A DNA stretch of 63,892 nt, the filler included, from Chrysochromulina tobinii (taxonomy: Eukaryota): assembly GCA_001275005.1 (NCBI GenBank). It is 7 parts of 7 records of this genome, joined end to end, with 100 filler letters (N's around TTAATTAATTAA, not from the genome) between each part and the next. Parts side by side here need not be neighbours in the genome. Positions count along the whole stretch, not along the records: positions 57,114 to 62,244 come from JWZX01000511.1; positions 62,345 to 63,892 come from JWZX01000567.1; 5 more parts are not named here. One strand, written 5' to 3'. This document shows, one piece after another, positions 59,288 through 63,892 of this stretch. Each line of letters starts with the position of its first letter. Within the stretch, counting starts at the first letter, position 1. A program made the position numbers and the translations under genes. The notes beneath the pieces are model-generated. The model worked only from the letters and a program-made list of their open reading frames with translations. It was not told where the DNA came from and ran no database searches.

Positions 59288-62244
59288 TCACTGGTCCTCG
59301 TAGGAACGGTCCGAGTACTGGTAGGAGTATTCCGCAGGGATCTCGAGGTCGTCGTCGGAGTCTATGAGGCCCTCATGGTTCGTCTGGAAGTGGCAACGGT
59401 CGCGGTAGTACACGGAGTGCGAAGCCGATGGTCCTGGGAGGCCGTTGTCGTCGAGTCTAGCGGCAACCTGCTTTGGGTCCACGTGCATCGTGTCCGGCGA
59501 CGGCACCACGTGTTGAGGCATGAGCGCAACGACGGGCGGCAGGGGCACCACTGGGTTAGGCGGCGGCACGACGTCGGGCGGCGGCTGACGTTGGTATTTC
59601 CGTATGCCTGAGCGCATCGTCATGAAGGCGGTATCGGCCTCGAGCGCCGAGACTTCGAGCATTGGTAGCTTGGCACACTTCTTCGATGGATGCGGAGTTG
59701 GGCAAATTGCACCGTCAACGGTTTGCATGTTTCGCATGCAATTTGGGTCGCCATACGGATTGTCATTGTCGTCGTCGTCTGCGCGAGCAGTGCGTTCGTG
59801 CTGCTCGGCGCGGCGTTTGCGGTCGTTGATTGTCTCTGCGTATTGCATCCAGTCGTCCGCGACGTCATCGTAGTCCTTAGTACTCATGTCCTCGTAGCGG
59901 CCCCATCCAGGAGCGTCCGTGTCCATGGTGTTAGATTCCGATGCGGCAAGGGCGGCGATGCGCCGGGCTTCCTTGAACTCGATTGAGTGGATCGCATAGT
60001 TTACGAAGTAGAGCTTGGCGCCTGTGCCGAGGTACAATGTGATCGTACCTCCGGCGATGATGCCGAAGGTGAAGGGATCGTGGCGGTCGGCGGTGAGCTG
60101 CGCACGTTCGGCGGCGCCCTTGCGGAAGGCAACATTGTCGGACTGCGGCTCGTCCGGGGCCGGCATGTTGTGTGCGTACTCGGTGTACAGCTGGCCGAGG
60201 CGTTCGGTCTGCGCTGTGGACGAGATGTCGGTGTCGACGAGCAGGCCGAGCGGCTTGAGCAAAGAGTGGGTGGCCATTTCGATGAGCACGAACGGCTCCA
60301 GCTTGATCGCCATGGTCGTGTCATTCTTGTTCCAGTAGTAGGGGACGGCGCCAGTCTTGATCGTTGAGGTCTCGAGGGCTGATGCTTCGGCGCTCGCGGC
60401 GATCATGTTTTTGGAGTTGGTGAGGTACGCGACCGCCGTGTCCGTCTGCTTCTTGCCCTTCCACTTTGTCATGAAGTCGACGGGCATAGACGCCGTGTCG
60501 ACCTTTGCGAGGATGATGTTGCCCTGACGCACCTGTGCTCGGATGTGCGCCCACCGGCGCATCGCGTACTTCGCTTTGCCAGGCGTGGCTGTACCGAGAC
60601 CGAGGGTGAGGTTGGCCGAATTGTCCGTGCCGATCATGATGGGGCCCGTCGGTGGGTGGCCGTATATGGCCGTAGGCACGCAAGATCTCGGCAGCGTACG
60701 TGGCGACTTGCGAGGCGCGCTCGGTGGCGACGCTCTCGTTCCCGACACTGCCAAGCTCGTCGATGAACTCGACGACCGTGCTGATCTTCTTGACCGCGTG
60801 CGCGACAACTCCGCCGTTGTGCGTGAGGACCAGTGCATAGACGGAGCGGCCGTCGACGTTGGCGTCTGCATGGACTTCCGGCTGCTCGGGTGCCGTAGCT
60901 TCGAGGTCCATGTTCGCGAAGAGCCCGCCTTGCAGCATGACGCGTTCAGTGAGCTGACCGCCGTAGGTGATGCCTTCCTTGCGCCGTGCGTAGAGGGCGG
61001 CGATGAGCGAACGTGCGACGGTGAGTGCTTCGGGCTGCTTAGCCATCGAAGCCACACACGCGATGCGGTGCTGCAGCTCACGCAGTGTGGCCGCTTGCGC
61101 TTGCTCGTCTTGGCCATCTCGCCAAGGGAGGACGCGGCGTCCCTGTTCGTCTTGAACGTCGCCGAGGGTTGCCGTCGAGAGCATGAGCTTGAATTGCAGG
61201 TTGTCCGAGATCGTCGCGTGCGTGGCCGCATAGTCCTCAATGCCCCTCGCGATCTGGATGCGCTTGACCTGGTCGCCGGCGGAGCAGAGCCTTGACTTGA
61301 ACTTGAGCAGTTCGTGCGTCACGAGGTCCTTCTTCACGGAATCCTGCATCACAACCGGGGAGATGATTGCGCCGAGTGCTTTGGCTACTTTGCGCTTCTC
61401 CATAGTGTTCAGCGGGTTCGAGAGGACGGATTCGTGAGCCGCTTGGTGCGAAAGGCGCCATGCAGCCTCGTGAGGGTCGGCCTTGAGCGCGCGCTCGTTC
61501 TTGGGGATGGTGATGGTGTACCACTCACCGCTCGCCGACTTGACGTCGACGATGTTCTTGAGCGCCTTGGAGACCTCGAGATCGTCGGCAAGCTCGGTGG
61601 CGCTCACCTCGGCCTGGAACGGGTCGATCTTGTTGAGGGCGCACTCAAGCTGGTGGATGTGCTCGCGTGCCTTGTCGAGCTCCTCGATCGACTGCACCTC
61701 GATCGGCACGATGTGGCCGAGCCATTGGTGCGCGATTGCATTGAAGGTGTCAATGGCCGCAGTCTCCGAGAGCCTTGGGAGGACGCGCTCGAGCGCGGCC
61801 GAGACCGGCATTGCCAGCCCGGTCGATCGCAGGACTCGACGTGGCGCCCCCTGCTGCAGCGCTATCATTGGGGCGATGGGCGCGGCGGGCACGGGTGCAG
61901 CAGCGGCAGGCGAGGGTGCGTTGAGCAGCCGCCACGGTTGGTGCTGCGATGTGAGGTCAAAGAGCTTGCCCTTCCACTTCGGATCGTCGGCCCAGCTCTT
62001 GTCGTCCCAGCTCAGCTCGGTGAACACCTTACCCGACTCTTGCTTGTGTGACTTGGTGACCGTGGCTGGGAACCATGTAGGCTTCTGCTTGTCCGTGTCG
62101 AAGCACATCTCGAGTCGCGTGCCATCAGGCAGCGGCTCGTAGCCCGCCTGGATGACGATCGGGGCGGGCGGTGGCTTCGGCGGGGCAGCGAGCACGAGCG
62201 GCGCGTAGGTCGCATCGTCGTCCGTCTGCACTTCCGCCTCGATC
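59288..62244 (-). mobile_element. Defective Ty1/copia pol (RT remnant + RNase H) with a long C-terminal extension
   Basis: RT start KFKSRLCSAGD. RNase H motifs ITYG...HADA...GRSV...GTDNSA...KAKY...HIR...MPVDFMTK. No YxDD motif; frameshift at about 60665. Confidence 0.85.
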
Positions 62245-63892
62245 NNNNNNNNNNNNNNNNNNNNNNNNNNNNNNNNNNNNNNNNNNNNTTAATTAATTAA
62301 NNNNNNNNNNNNNNNNNNNNNNNNNNNNNNNNNNNNNNNNNNNNGGGTGCGTCCGTGTGCAGGTGGCGACACCGGTGCAGGTGGTGGCCGAAGAGAGCGG
62401 CAGCAGAATCGACACCATGCTCATGAAGGTGGTGAAACGGCTGTGCGTTGCGCATCGTGTGCAGCCGCAGTGCCTGGTTGTGTGCTTCATCAGGGTAGCT
62501 TCGTAAGGCTACTGCCTGCTTATCCTGTAAGCAGGCCAGCAGCCGTGTTTGCGTCACCCGGCCTCTCGGGCTGCCCTCCCAATGGGTGGGCGGCTCGAGG
62601 GGCCCCCGAACTCCATTTAGGTGTGCGGCAGCCTCTCGAACGCGATCCAGCGCCCTTCCAACCTATCTGCCCACCCTCAACACACACGTGCCCATGCTCG
62701 CAGGTCGCCATAGGCATGAGTCGGCGCTGCTTTGGTTGGGTGCTTCAGTTGTGTGCTCGATTCCAAACGATTGTAGGTATTCGGGAGTTAGCAGCGCCGC
62801 CGGCGCCCGCGCGCCGGGGACCCGAGGAGTAAGATCTCTCGATGTGCCGTGCATGAGGTGATATTGATTAATTGATAGCGTCATGTGGTGATGTTGGTTG
62901 CGTTGGGTCGGTTACCCAATTTTATACTCAAATGTAACTCGGTCGTGTATAACACCAATGCTCACGTACACCCTGTGAGGGCTTTTTCGATAAAGCACCG
63001 CACTACGCGGCGGACGTGGCTCGATACATACGCAACACGCTACATATGATTGGCGGTTGGTCAGAGGAGGCCCCGGCCGATGCTGAACGATGCTGCAGTC
63101 AGCGGCGAGGCGGTGCTCGCAGTAGGCGGCGGTGAACACGCAGTACACGCGCAGCCAGAAGACATCGAGGTGCGCGTGGGCGCAATGCAGAGCGCGCACA
63201 TCCTCCTAGACGGTCACTAGCGCACAAGCCTGGCGTAAGCTCGCCCATTCGCCGGGGAGGAACCACCCCAACGGAGCTAAAGTAGCTGGCCGAGAGCAAG
63301 CCTACTGCCACCTGATACCCCACGCCCTCGGCGAAGCCGCCGTGGAGCAGCACGCGCACTGCCGCCGTGGAGCAGCCCCAGGAGCTCGAGCGCAGGCGCC
63401 TCACCGACCACCGGCAGGGCGGGAAGAGGCGCGAGCAACGCCACGCGGGTGGCCCGAACACATGGAAGAGGCATCCGCCGTTTCAGTGCTCGCCGTCGGC
63501 GGCGCTGCCCCTTCCTTCTTGAGGTCCCTGAGGACCTTATTGAAGATCTTCTTGACAAACTGTGTCACGTCCTTGTCCGCTGCCGCTGCTGCCCAGGCGC
63601 GGTTGCGCTCGATCTTGTCAAAGTTGGCCGCGGCGCCTTACCTGGGGTCTTGGGTGACCCGCCCTGGGTTTCGGGAGGCCGCGTGCGCTTCCCCATCGCC
63701 CCCCGAACGCGTCGCCAAAAGTCCGACGGACCCGAGCATGGGCCGGGGCCTCCCTCTGACCAACCCCCTTACAAAGACCCTCCTCATGCCGAAAACGCAA
63801 GTTTCGTCGATGAGCGTGTGAAGCGCACGCTCGCGAGGCACCGGAACAGGTCGGAGTTGGTGTAGGAAGCCTTCGTACAATAAAACGAACAA

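Noticed and set aside
62345..63892. Short ORFs after the last gap
   Set aside because: No recognisable domain or consistent exon chain.

Overview
GC-rich eukaryotic nuclear DNA, probably from a haptophyte alga (inferred from GC content, short spliceosomal introns, a signal-peptide-bearing plastid protein and a bacterial-type SelD fusion). It is a draft scaffold with six artificial 100-nt N/TTAATTAATTAA gaps. About 20 protein genes are supportable: a Deg/HtrA protease homologue lacking its catalytic His and Ser, an SLC35B transporter, NDUFS8, EF-hand proteins, a RING protein, a J-domain protein, a USP, plastid frr, an oxidoreductase-SelD fusion, an FG nucleoporin, a three-domain beta-carbonic anhydrase, an IQ-repeat protein, an FkbM methyltransferase, a GT32, and a >3000-aa ankyrin-UIM-KH-CCCH-USP protein. 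The window also holds a defective Ty1/copia arranged pol-LTR-gag, a two-copy SINE-like element with 5S-like motifs, and a 55-56 bp dimeric minisatellite. The most striking pattern is a class of introns in unrelated genes. They are built from copies of the flanking exon ends plus CTGAT-containing microsatellites and share a CCTCATCAG 3' end; some are stacked into AG|GT-joined units. This suggests an ongoing duplication-driven intron-generating or remodelling process. All gene models were built by eye and have no transcript support.
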